This document shows positions 54,145 to 63,343 of a DNA stretch of 64,000 nucleotides, in pieces (position 1 is the stretch's first letter; every line of letters begins with the position of its first letter). Source of the stretch: a virus; IMG/VR virus record IMGVR_UViG_3300042197_004116, positions 1-64,000 of that record; one strand, given 5' to 3'. The position numbers and the translations under genes were made by a program. The notes beneath the pieces were generated by a model. The model ran no database searches, was not told the origin of the DNA, and saw only the letters and a program-made list of their open reading frames with translations.

Positions 54145-54749
54145 ACATTTACTTCTACTCCAAAAGTAATTCTATCAGTAATAGATTTATTTTCAGCATA
54201 ATGGTATAAAAACGGATTAAAGATAACATAGTCTTTTACGTCTTTCATACCTTTTTTTTCGTAGTAGGAACAATAATCTTCAAAAGTATTGGGATCACCA
54301 TTATTACTTTCATCTAAGTATGTAAATGCCTTGCCATCAAACAAAGTAAACATATTAATATGTATAATAGCAGTTTTTGTACTATGTTTATGATAAGGAA
54401 TACTCTGATTTGATTTTAAACAAAAAAACCCAGAAAAATTTAAATTTTTTATTTTTTTTAATATATTATTAGTTTTAACAAACTCATTCTTAAAACAAAA
54501 TTTATCTTTGTACAAAGGTATTACAATCCAATTATTAGCATTTCCACCTTTCTTATAATAATCTTCATTATTTTTTTGCTGCTTAATCCACTCTACTGTT
54601 TTTTTGTGAGGTCTTATAAAATTATTATTCTTAGTAATAAAAGAATTGTTTTGTATAAAATTATTATATTCACATATTATTGTATCAAAACTATCTAAGA
54701 GAATTTTAAACTGAGGAAAGTCATCTAGTGCTTTAAACAAACGATTCAT
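54141..54749 (-). CDS. Asp/Asn-hydroxylase-like cupin with an HxH motif (paralog of the adjacent gene)
   Basis: WIVIPLY, IPYHKH, IIHINM, VIFNPFLYHYAEN, DRIT. Confidence 0.72.
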   Translation of the reverse strand: MNRLFKALDDFPQFKILLDSFDTIICEYNNFIQNNSFITKNNNFIRPHKKTVEWIKQQKNNEDYYKKGGNANNWIVIPLYKDKFCFKNEFVKTNNILKKIKNLNFSGFFCLKSNQSIPYHKHSTKTAIIHINMFTLFDGKAFTYLDESNNGDPNTFEDYCSYYEKKGMKDVKDYVIFNPFLYHYAENKSITDRITFGVEVNV

Positions 54750-55152
54750 TTTTGCTTGCCTCCTTTAGGCTTTTTTTCCAAAAAATTATAGCTTGTTTTA
54801 AGTTTTTTATTGTATTAATTCTAATAACACGTAATTTAACAAATTCTCCTTTTTTATATGCAGATTTTTCATCATCATGTTCTTTTGTAATAGTTGCGAC
54901 AGTATTAAACTCATTTTTTGTAATATCTTTAATTAAAGTTTTTGATTTAAAAACATCCTTGTCTTTGCATCTGCAGATTGTACTAACATAAATATATTTT
55001 TTATTTCTTTCCCACACATAATCAAAAACCTCCTTCTTTAAGCTTAGTTTATATGCTTTATTTTTAGTAAGAAATACAAAAAACAACTTATTACGTAAAT
55101 GCTCTCTACGTATTTTTTTTGATGTATTTTTAATATAAATCTTTAAAAACAT
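54733..55152 (-). CDS. Hypothetical basic protein; probable start ATG 55152
   Basis: Fills the gap in the leftward unit; no recognised motif. Confidence 0.4.
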   Translation of the reverse strand: MFLKIYIKNTSKKIRREHLRNKLFFVFLTKNKAYKLSLKKEVFDYVWERNKKYIYVSTICRCKDKDVFKSKTLIKDITKNEFNTVATITKEHDDEKSAYKKGEFVKLRVIRINTIKNLKQAIIFWKKSLKEASKNESFV

Positions 55153-55897
55153 AATTACTTTGCTTAGCAAAAGGTTTGCCTTTAAACAAAAAATCATCTC
55201 CTGTATAATACAATATATTTTTCTTATTCATTTTATAAATACTCAATTCATTTTTATTCGTTCTTTTATAAAGAAGAAAAGGGGCTTCTTTTTCAATCAA
55301 AGCAACCCCTACAGCATATCTTTCTTTATTTGATGTTTCTGCTGTATCTGAACCATGAATCATCCTACTATGATACATAACTGCATCGCCTTTTTCTAAA
55401 TCATTTAGGTAAACTTTATTATCAAATTTCTCCTCAAATTTAAAAGGAAAAGGAATATTAACACCTCTTATATAATTTTTATATTTTAAATACGAACTTT
55501 CAACAACATAAAGCGAGTTATGATTTTTTTCTATTGTATGAAGAGGGAACCATAATGTATATGTATTATATCTCAATTCATCAGTAAAAGCAGGGTCTTG
55601 GTGCTGTATACTCATACTATTAGGACCTGGTATTTTTTTTATATAACTTATCAAAACTACTTTATAATTAGGTAACTTATCTTCAATATGCTTTCTTAAA
55701 ATACTATCAAGCTCTTTATAAATTGTTTTTTTCCATTCTATATTTCTCACATATGTAGAGCTCAAAAAATTTGAATTTTTAAAAAAAGGAGAGTCATTAA
55801 AGAGCTCTCTTTTAAGAGTTCTATCTACAAGCGATTTTACTGATGTAATTTGATCAATATTAAAAAAATTTCTTAGTACTGTATAGCCTTTATCCAC
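55130..55897 (-). CDS. PhyH-family Fe(II)/2OG dioxygenase
   Basis: GYTVLRNFF, QHQD, TLWFPL, LYVVESS, GDAVMYHSRMIHGS; TAAATA-N6-GTG. Confidence 0.88.
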   Translation of the reverse strand: MDKGYTVLRNFFNIDQITSVKSLVDRTLKRELFNDSPFFKNSNFLSSTYVRNIEWKKTIYKELDSILRKHIEDKLPNYKVVLISYIKKIPGPNSMSIQHQDPAFTDELRYNTYTLWFPLHTIEKNHNSLYVVESSYLKYKNYIRGVNIPFPFKFEEKFDNKVYLNDLEKGDAVMYHSRMIHGSDTAETSNKERYAVGVALIEKEAPFLLYKRTNKNELSIYKMNKKNILYYTGDDFLFKGKPFAKQSNYVFKDLY

Positions 55898-55903
55898 ATT
55901 AAA

Positions 55904-55953
55904 TATTTAGAATATTTTACTTATTTGCAACTATACAGAAAAACTATTAAATA
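55904..55953. promoter_or_regulatory. Back-to-back late promoters driving the PhyH unit (minus strand) and the methyltransferase (plus strand)
   Basis: Minus-strand TAAATA at 55904-09 (6 nt to GTG) and plus-strand TAAATA at 55948-53 (5 nt to ATG). Confidence 0.7.
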
Positions 55954-55958
55954 AGAAT

Positions 55959-56741
55959 ATGTTTCTGGAAAAACATTTTTATACTCTTAATAATTTTTAT
56001 AGAAAATTTACTTTTTGGTATTATAAACAAAATAAGTCTACCAACTTCAGAATAGAAAGTTTCATGCCTTTTAGAACATACAGTAAAATTAATAAATTTA
56101 TAATACAAGCTTCTAAACTTACCAACAATGAAAACTATACTTTTGCAGATTTTGGTTGCGGTTTAGGCATGCCAACAAAAGAAATTTCAAAAAAATTCAG
56201 TAAAAATAAATTTATTTTTGTTAATATTAATAAAGAGCAAATCAACTTTATTAAAAAAACTAAAAATACCTATCTTTTAAATGAAGACTATCATAATACT
56301 TCTATAAGTTCTAATAGTGTAGATACAATACTGTTTTACGAATCGTTTTGCCATTCATACGATAAAAAATTAGCATTAAATGAATGTTATAGAGTTTTAA
56401 AAAGGAATGGTAGGCTCATAATTATAGATTATCTTCATCACGATTCTGCAACTAAAGAACAAATAAACTCATACGTAAAAACAATGTCTATGTACCTAAT
56501 TACTAAAAAACAAATGGAAACTTTAATAAATAAAAAGAAATTTAAAAAAATTATTTTTGATACAAATATTAATAATTATTTTAAATTAAAAAATAGTAAA
56601 TATGACGACAACTATATATACTACAAAAATAAAAAAAACAATTCTTTGGTTCTTTCGGATTTTGGTGAAATGATTAAAGACGTTGCACTGACTCAAGCCT
56701 TTATAGCTTTACCGTCAATTATAGTATTGGAAAAAATTTGA
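55959..56741 (+). CDS. Class I SAM-dependent methyltransferase (paralog of 51636-52451)
   Basis: ADFGCGLG, FYESFCH, ECYRVLKRNG; shares R[IV]ESF with its paralog. Confidence 0.88.
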   Translation: MFLEKHFYTLNNFYRKFTFWYYKQNKSTNFRIESFMPFRTYSKINKFIIQASKLTNNENYTFADFGCGLGMPTKEISKKFSKNKFIFVNINKEQINFIKKTKNTYLLNEDYHNTSISSNSVDTILFYESFCHSYDKKLALNECYRVLKRNGRLIIIDYLHHDSATKEQINSYVKTMSMYLITKKQMETLINKKKFKKIIFDTNINNYFKLKNSKYDDNYIYYKNKKNNSLVLSDFGEMIKDVALTQAFIALPSIIVLEKI

Positions 56742-57385
56742 TCTATTTCATTTTTGGTAAGCTTCCATGTTTTTGTATTTGAATAATAATAGCTAGTGGT
56801 TTTGAGATTTTTATCTTTTCCAAAGGAAATTAAATTAAAATTTTTAAATTTAAAAGGAGATAAATTTTTTAAATAATTAAAACATGTAATAACAGCTATC
56901 TTTTCATAGCTTACAGTTCTATTGTTTCTTATTCCTCTACCTCTGCATATCTCAATTCCCGATACTGGCAAATGTATGTTGTATTCCTTTTTTAGTTTCT
57001 TTATATAGTTTTTATTCTTTGTGTACTTATATGTTCTTTTGTTATCTTCTTCAAACGCAATTAACTTGTAATCTTCATAGCTCAAACCCTTCTTTATGTT
57101 TTTTACATTATAGTAGTATGCCAAAAAACATTTTTTGTTTATTATTTTTATAGCAATACCGGGTAGCCTCGTACCTATATCAGTCTTTTTTTTAAAAAAA
57201 GGTATATAATTAATATTCTTGTTAAGAAATTTTTTTACTATACTTAAAAAAATATCTTCTTTAAAAGTGAAATAGAGTTTTAAAGATGTTATTTTATTAT
57301 CACAAATATTTAAACCAAAAAAACTATGACATGAAAGAGGATTTATTGTATAAGCTATTTTTTTAGCCTTTTTTATAGACATCAT
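56693..57385 (-). CDS. Hypothetical protein, possible ABBA/PT-barrel prenyltransferase-like fold
   Basis: Five predicted beta-hairpins such as FFGLNICDNKITSLKLYF; paralog of 58467-59279; fold assigned by pattern only. Confidence 0.4.
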   Translation of the reverse strand: MMSIKKAKKIAYTINPLSCHSFFGLNICDNKITSLKLYFTFKEDIFLSIVKKFLNKNINYIPFFKKKTDIGTRLPGIAIKIINKKCFLAYYYNVKNIKKGLSYEDYKLIAFEEDNKRTYKYTKNKNYIKKLKKEYNIHLPVSGIEICRGRGIRNNRTVSYEKIAVITCFNYLKNLSPFKFKNFNLISFGKDKNLKTTSYYYSNTKTWKLTKNEIDQIFSNTIIDGKAIKA

Positions 57386-58458
57386 AATATTTCTTTACCA
57401 CTCATTTTGTTCTTATAAAAAATAATTTCATTTATTAATTCTCTATATTTTTTAATATTAGTTTTCTGAGTTTCTGTTGGATTTAAAAGTAGAAACTTTT
57501 TTATTGACATTGCAGTGTAAATTTCATCTATTTCTTCTTTTTTAAGAGCACTTAAAGCCATACTTTCAGGAAACATTAGTTTATGAAAATAAACATTTGC
57601 GTTAATACTGTTAGCAAGGGTTATAATTTTATGAAGGTCTCGAATATTGCTTCCCATCACAACTGTGCTTATTGTTAGTCTTTTTTTCTTAGCTTGTAGA
57701 ATATCGCTTATCTTTTTAAGATTCTCGCAAACCCTATCAAAATTAGCATTAACTCTTATTTTTTCAAATAATTCTTTTGTACCTGCATCAATACTAACAC
57801 CTACATCTATATCTAATTCTTTTAAATAACTTTCAATTCTACTATTATATACCGTACCATTTGTTTGCAGATAAAAATTAATTTTTAATTTATTTTCTTT
57901 ACAATAGTCTAAAATCTTAAAATATCCTTTTATTAAAAACGGCTCTCCACCATAAAAATCTACTCTTTTAACATAAGGTAGTATGCTAAACAATTCTTCA
58001 TAAAACTTATCATCGTAGGGTGAAATATATTTAGGAAGCTTTTCTCTATTTTTTCTAATTGATGAAGAATGTTTACCATTACACATTACACATTCCAGAT
58101 TACAAATATTATCAAGCTCTAAATCCAACCTAATAGGATATTTTAGGGTTTTTGTAGTTCCTTTATAATCATAAAAAGGAATTTTAAGAGTTTCAAAATT
58201 ACCACACTTTAAATTATGGCTACAATGGCCGCAACCAACATTAAACTTCATTTGCCTCATTTCCTCTCTCATTTTCTTTAATGGCTCACCATTCCATATT
58301 TCCATTATAGTCTGCTCAGGGTATGACCCTAATTTATAAAATCTATTAGCACAACACACAAAAAACTCTCCTTTTTGACCCATATAAAGGCTATTAAATG
58401 GAGCGCTACAAAGCATACCCTTCTTTTGTCTGTTTTTAAGGAAATCTACTTCCGTCAC
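57382..58458 (-). CDS. Radical SAM enzyme with an N-terminal SPASM/twitch domain
   Basis: CSAPF...VCC...IWNG...CGHC followed by CNLECVMC (CxxxCxxC), FYGGEPFL, QTNG, VSIDA. Confidence 0.92.
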   Translation of the reverse strand: MTEVDFLKNRQKKGMLCSAPFNSLYMGQKGEFFVCCANRFYKLGSYPEQTIMEIWNGEPLKKMREEMRQMKFNVGCGHCSHNLKCGNFETLKIPFYDYKGTTKTLKYPIRLDLELDNICNLECVMCNGKHSSSIRKNREKLPKYISPYDDKFYEELFSILPYVKRVDFYGGEPFLIKGYFKILDYCKENKLKINFYLQTNGTVYNSRIESYLKELDIDVGVSIDAGTKELFEKIRVNANFDRVCENLKKISDILQAKKKRLTISTVVMGSNIRDLHKIITLANSINANVYFHKLMFPESMALSALKKEEIDEIYTAMSIKKFLLLNPTETQKTNIKKYRELINEIIFYKNKMSGKEIL

Positions 58459-58466
58459 AGATGTAT

Positions 58467-59279
58467 TTACTTTAATAAAGAGTATGAATCTACAACACCC
58501 TTTTTTAGAAGGCTATTAACATTAGAAGGATAGAAATAAAGAGACACTATATTGTCACTGGTATATAATCCCATATTTCTTACATAAAATCCTTTTTTGG
58601 TAAAAAAGCTAATCTTCTCTATTAAACTAAATTTTTTTAAATACTTTATTATTTTTTTCTTGTCTGTTCCTATGAAAATAACTTTCAATGGAATGCCATC
58701 TACTTCTGTATATTCAATTTTTTCAGACTTCAAAGGTATATCAGTTTCAAACACCTTACTAAAATATTTTTTCGCTGGTTCTGATGTTAAAAATCTATAA
58801 CATTTATGCTTTGTTTTATTTTTAGTGGATTCATAACAAACCCCTATTTGATCAGATTTACTTAAGAACTCATCTTGTATATTTTTAACCATGTGTTTAC
58901 GAATAAAAATGCTCTTATAATATCGTCTTGTAGCAATAAAATGAAACTGATAAGTAAATTTTTTTCTTTCCAAATCATACTTTAACGCAAAGGTAACACC
59001 TCTTTTGCACTCATTTTTTTCAAAATTTATAAGCTTGTAATTTTTCATCAGAAGATGGGGAGATGGGAAAAACTTTTTAATTTCTTCTCTTGTCAGCTTT
59101 CTAACCGTATTAAAGTAGAACTTAATAGTTTTTATAATTCCGTTTTTCCTTATATTAATAGAAAAAATATTACCTAAAGGATACTGGCTACCGCAATTTA
59201 GAGCCTTATAATTTTTGTAATATTCAGCAAATTCTTTACTTTTTATAAAAGTTGAAAAGCAGTTTTCTAGAGGTATCAT
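58467..59279 (-). CDS. Hypothetical protein, possible ABBA/PT-barrel prenyltransferase-like fold
   Basis: Five predicted beta-hairpins separated by helices, from IFSINIRKNGIIKTIKFYF to NMGLYTSDNIVSLYFY. Confidence 0.4.
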   Translation of the reverse strand: MIPLENCFSTFIKSKEFAEYYKNYKALNCGSQYPLGNIFSINIRKNGIIKTIKFYFNTVRKLTREEIKKFFPSPHLLMKNYKLINFEKNECKRGVTFALKYDLERKKFTYQFHFIATRRYYKSIFIRKHMVKNIQDEFLSKSDQIGVCYESTKNKTKHKCYRFLTSEPAKKYFSKVFETDIPLKSEKIEYTEVDGIPLKVIFIGTDKKKIIKYLKKFSLIEKISFFTKKGFYVRNMGLYTSDNIVSLYFYPSNVNSLLKKGVVDSYSLLK

Positions 59280-59287
59280 ATTGATAG

Positions 59288-60085
59288 ATGAATAATTGTA
59301 TAGCTTATATTGTAAATAGCAAATACTTGCCTTTATTTAAATTAAGTATCTTTTCATTAATAAGATCTAACCCTAGACTTAATATAGACATTAACTTATT
59401 TATATCTGATAACATAAAAAGTGAGATAAAAAGCTTTCTTAAAAAACTTAAAATTAAAGCTAAGATTCACCAAATAAACAATAAAAAATATGAAAAGTAT
59501 TCTTTTATTTCCAGAAGAAATTGGGATCTGTCACCTGCAACGAGATTAGAATTGTTTACTTTATACAAATATTCAAAAGTACTTTATCTAGATTGTGATA
59601 CATTAGTTTTAAAAGACATAAAAGAGTTGTTTGAATTAAAAGACAAAAACATTTATGCATGTAGGCTTCATCCTATCACTAACAGCTCTTATTTTGGCTC
59701 TCAGTTCAACGGGTTTAACGCAGGGGTAATATTATTTACTAAACCGTTTTTGTCAAAAAAATATAGTTCTAAAGTAAGCAAACTTCTAGCCAATTCAAAA
59801 TTTAGCGGTAACCAAGAAGCATTAAATCTTGTATTCAATGATAATACAGTTCTAATAGACCAAAAATACAACCTCACACTAGACTTAGCCACTTTAAGCA
59901 ACTTAAAGGAAGCTGTTATTATTCATTATATTGGTGAAAAGTATTTTACAATTGATAGCAATATAATACAAATACAAAATTTTAGTGACTATATAAAGAA
60001 AACAACTCACCCTTTAGTATTGACCAAGTTTAAAACAATAGTTAATGACATTAGCTTAGAGCTTAATAAATTTTTAAATGTGTAG
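59288..60085 (+). CDS. Glycosyltransferase family 8
   Basis: KVLYLDCDTLV (DxD), FNAGVIL, NQEALNLVF, IIHYIG. Confidence 0.9.
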   Translation: MNNCIAYIVNSKYLPLFKLSIFSLIRSNPRLNIDINLFISDNIKSEIKSFLKKLKIKAKIHQINNKKYEKYSFISRRNWDLSPATRLELFTLYKYSKVLYLDCDTLVLKDIKELFELKDKNIYACRLHPITNSSYFGSQFNGFNAGVILFTKPFLSKKYSSKVSKLLANSKFSGNQEALNLVFNDNTVLIDQKYNLTLDLATLSNLKEAVIIHYIGEKYFTIDSNIIQIQNFSDYIKKTTHPLVLTKFKTIVNDISLELNKFLNV

Positions 60086-61364
60086 TTTTTATTTTACCAA
60101 TAAATCATGTAGTAAAAAACTCCTCAAGAGTCAAAACTATTTTAGCTCTAAAAGAGGGCCAGATAATACAACTATTATAACTGACAATAATTTATCCATT
60201 GTTCATAATTTACTATCTATAACAGGAAGTCCCACAAAGCAACCATTAATAGAAAATAATTTGTATGTTATGTTTAACGGTGAGATTTACAATTATAATA
60301 AAGGCAGATTTAAATCTGATATCTATTTTATTTTACACCTTTATAAAAAGTATGGTGAACAGTTTGTTGATTATTTAGATGGTGAATATGCAATAGTAAT
60401 CTACGATAAAAATAAAAACTCTGTAATTTTCTGTACGGATATTTTTATGACTAAGCCGTTATTTTATTCTATTGAAAATGGAATTATTTCAATCAGTTCT
60501 TACAAAAGCTCCTTTGACAATGTAAATGAAATAATTCAAGCTCTACCCAGTACTTTATATAAATTTAATATTACTACTAAATCTCTAAAAGAAAAAACAT
60601 ATTTTAAATTTAATACTAAACAATTCAAGAATAACTACAGTGATTTTGAATCAGCATTAAAAAAATCTATTTTAAAAAGAACTAAAACTAATAAAAAACT
60701 ATTTATAGGATTAAGCAGTGGTTATGATAGCGGAGTACTAGCATGTATTTTAAATAAGCTTAAAATAAATTACAATGCATATACTATTTTAAGCAAAGAA
60801 AACATTGAAATTTTACACCAAAGAGAAAAATTAGTCAACAACTATACGCTTATAAAGCCTGATTTTAAGAAGCTAACATACGCTAAATTAAAAATTATAC
60901 AAAACTGTGAGCCAAGTAAAAACGCGTCTTTTGATTATGCTTCTGACCACGCTTCATCAGGTTTATATTTGATAGCAGAGAAAGGATTAAAAAATAATTG
61001 TAAAGTGTTTCTATCTGGTACTGGAGCAGATGAAATTTTTAGTGACTATGGATTTAATGGAACAAAAATATTTTCAAACAGTAACTTTGGCGGGCTTTTT
61101 CCTAAAGATCTATCAACAATTTTTCCCTGGAAGAATTTTTATAACGGTTGTTTAAGAAACTATATAGATAAAGAAGAATATGTCTTGGGTGGTTTAGGTA
61201 TAGAAGCAAGATACCCGTTTCTCGATAAAGATGTAGTTCAAGAATTTCTAAATCTCTCTCCTAAATTAAAAAACAACAATTACAAAGCCCCTCTTTACCA
61301 CATTCTTAAAAAATATAATTTTCCCTTTGAAGAAAATATTAAACGCGGATTTAGCTTTATTTGA
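60078..61364 (+). CDS. asnB: Asparagine synthetase-like glutamine amidotransferase
   Basis: N-terminal nucleophile Cys2, RGPD, FNGEIYN, LSSGYDSG, LSGTGADE, RYPFLD. Confidence 0.9.
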   Translation: MCSFYFTNKSCSKKLLKSQNYFSSKRGPDNTTIITDNNLSIVHNLLSITGSPTKQPLIENNLYVMFNGEIYNYNKGRFKSDIYFILHLYKKYGEQFVDYLDGEYAIVIYDKNKNSVIFCTDIFMTKPLFYSIENGIISISSYKSSFDNVNEIIQALPSTLYKFNITTKSLKEKTYFKFNTKQFKNNYSDFESALKKSILKRTKTNKKLFIGLSSGYDSGVLACILNKLKINYNAYTILSKENIEILHQREKLVNNYTLIKPDFKKLTYAKLKIIQNCEPSKNASFDYASDHASSGLYLIAEKGLKNNCKVFLSGTGADEIFSDYGFNGTKIFSNSNFGGLFPKDLSTIFPWKNFYNGCLRNYIDKEEYVLGGLGIEARYPFLDKDVVQEFLNLSPKLKNNNYKAPLYHILKKYNFPFEENIKRGFSFI

Positions 61365-61551
61365 ACCCGTGCCTTATTCTATCTATAAAATAAGCCTTTA
61401 ACTCACTTACATTACAAGACTTACAGCTGTTCATTTTTTGTAAAAAATTCAGTTTTTCTAAGTATTCATTTCTCAAACTGCTACAATTTTTTATTTCCTC
61501 TGGACAAGGAGAGCTTAAATCAAAGAAAATTTCCAATAGATTAGAAGTCAT
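61357..61551 (-). CDS. 4-Cys mini-protein (PCP-x4-C...CxxC)
   Basis: Clear paralog of 63344-63523; coupled to the upstream PhyH gene. Confidence 0.7.
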   Translation of the reverse strand: MTSNLLEIFFDLSSPCPEEIKNCSSLRNEYLEKLNFLQKMNSCKSCNVSELKAYFIDRIRHGFK

Positions 61552-62374
61552 GCTTTAATAGAGCTAAATACTTGTTATACCCTCTTAATAGTTTTTCAGA
61601 AACAATGCTCGATTCACCATTAAATTTATGCTTAACCTCAGGATTATAATTTAAAATAACTTCTGTATCTACATTGTATTTTTTAACCTTATCGTCCTCC
61701 TTAACATATATTACAAAATTTTTATTTTTAGGAATTATGCCCAGTCCTATTGATATACGTGTATTGTGTGTCTCAGGAGTTGAATAAGAGCCATGTATTA
61801 CTCTTGGGTTCATTACCAAGACATCACCTGCTTTTAGGGGACAAACAAACTTAGCATTTTTAAGCAGTTTGTCTTTAAAATTATTAAGCCCAAGAGTAAC
61901 CCCTACTCCTCTTATGAAATTTTTAAAAATTTTATGGGTCCCTGGTATAATATATAAAGGTCCAGATTTCTCATCAATATCATCCAATGCAAACCACACA
62001 GTATAAGATGAAACTGAAGAAGTTTCCTCTATTAATGATATGTCTTGATGGACCTTACATTCATTCTCTCCACCAGGGTACTTTATAATATAGTTGCCAA
62101 TTACAATTTTATAATTTTTAAAAACTTTATCTATTTTTGGTTGAAGCAAACCATATAAAAAACTATAAACCGATTTTTTATACTCAATATTTTTACTCAT
62201 CGCAGTATTAACGTGGTTTATGTTTTTGTCTCTATATATGTTAAATCCAGCAGTATCATTAAAATCATTATAAAACTGTTTTAGTGAAGATAAATCATCT
62301 TTACTCAACAGTTGATTTAAAACAACATAGCCTTTATCTTTTAAATGCTTATTAAGATTAATATCCTTGATCAT
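61541..62374 (-). CDS. PhyH-family Fe(II)/2OG dioxygenase (paralog of 55130-55897)
   Basis: GYVVL, VHQD, TVWFALDD, PGTH, GDVLVMNPRVIHGS; shares KN[YF]IRGV with its paralog. Confidence 0.9.
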   Translation of the reverse strand: MIKDINLNKHLKDKGYVVLNQLLSKDDLSSLKQFYNDFNDTAGFNIYRDKNINHVNTAMSKNIEYKKSVYSFLYGLLQPKIDKVFKNYKIVIGNYIIKYPGGENECKVHQDISLIEETSSVSSYTVWFALDDIDEKSGPLYIIPGTHKIFKNFIRGVGVTLGLNNFKDKLLKNAKFVCPLKAGDVLVMNPRVIHGSYSTPETHNTRISIGLGIIPKNKNFVIYVKEDDKVKKYNVDTEVILNYNPEVKHKFNGESSIVSEKLLRGYNKYLALLKHDF

Positions 62375-63119
62375 ATTGAGTCTTATTTTAATTAATTATA
62401 ACTTGACCGCCATTTCTCAAACTAGTTTTTTTCCTAAAAAAGACATTTTAAAATTTGTAAAATACTACAAATATGTAATTTTGTTTAATTCAGAAAGAAT
62501 ATTTTTGAAAGATAAAATATCTTTTGACCATTTTATAGGGCCTTGTTCAGGCTTTAAACCGTTCTTGGTTTCAGAACTTTATAATACTAACCCTAAATGT
62601 AAAATAACTTTTTTTGATTTTAATCAGTCACAAATTTATTTTTATAAAGCTTTGCTTAAGTGGAATGGGAAGAACTTTCAAAAATTTGTAGATGGTTTTT
62701 TTACAAAAAACAAAGAAATACTAAACAAGGTTATTGTAAACAATTTACCTCGTGAATATTTAGACAGAAAAATGAAAGAGATATTATCTAATTTTAAAGA
62801 TGAAAAATCCTTTATTGAGTCATGGAATAAATTTAGAAAAAAAGATATTAATTTTGTTTTTATAAACGCTATTACTGATTATAAGAACATTATACCCCTT
62901 ATAGATAAAAACTCAGTTTCTTATCTTTGGTTAAGCAATATATACAATTTTGAAATATCTAACCACCGTTATGGTAAAGAAAAGTGCCTATCTGCACTTA
63001 AAAAATTATTAACAAGGCTTGTAAATAAAAATATATATATAGATTTAGAAACTGAAAACAAAAGCGGGGTTTTTAGTCCAAAATGTGCTCTAAAGCAAAT
63101 TTTTAATCTTGATAAATAA
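62367..63119 (+). CDS. Hypothetical protein (start uncertain, possibly TTG 62403)
   Basis: Intact ORF; GPCSG...ITFFDFN...YLWLSNI could be a degenerate Rossmann/SAM-binding fold. Confidence 0.45.
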   Translation: MIILSLILINYNLTAISQTSFFPKKDILKFVKYYKYVILFNSERIFLKDKISFDHFIGPCSGFKPFLVSELYNTNPKCKITFFDFNQSQIYFYKALLKWNGKNFQKFVDGFFTKNKEILNKVIVNNLPREYLDRKMKEILSNFKDEKSFIESWNKFRKKDINFVFINAITDYKNIIPLIDKNSVSYLWLSNIYNFEISNHRYGKEKCLSALKKLLTRLVNKNIYIDLETENKSGVFSPKCALKQIFNLDK

Positions 63120-63142
63120 AAACAATAGGTTAATATATTTTT

Positions 63143-63343
63143 GTGTATATAGAAAAGTTTACAGCTCATGTTAGAGATTTGACTTCTAAAAAGTCTTTTA
63201 AGATTGTTTTAGATGAAAATGACCCTCAAGAGGCACATAAAAAGATCTATAACAAACTTAACAATTATCAAGAAATTGTTAAACTCACTAATCATGATAA
63301 TGAAGTTGTTTATAATATTGACTCCGGTTTTATAAATAATTAA
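63143..63343 (+). CDS. Small hypothetical protein
   Basis: 66-aa ORF with GTG start; TTGATA...TAATAT sigma70-like elements upstream. Confidence 0.5.
   Translation: MYIEKFTAHVRDLTSKKSFKIVLDENDPQEAHKKIYNKLNNYQEIVKLTNHDNEVVYNIDSGFINN

Noticed and set aside
54420-57200. Homopolymer A/T runs as phase-variation switches
   Set aside because: Runs of 7-8 nt are expected at this AT content and all affected ORFs are intact.
60078-61551. Lasso peptide cluster (AsnB-like cyclase plus a small peptide)
   Set aside because: The enzyme keeps the glutaminase Cys2, no transglutaminase-like B2 or PqqD/RRE gene is visible, and the small ORFs look like folded helical 4-Cys proteins rather than leader-core precursors.
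50683-62374. DNA hypermodification cluster
   Set aside because: Not favoured: no nucleotide kinase, thymidylate-synthase-like, TET/JBP or DNA-MTase motifs were recognised, several units have late-type promoters, and the cluster adjoins fibre genes. It is not formally excluded.
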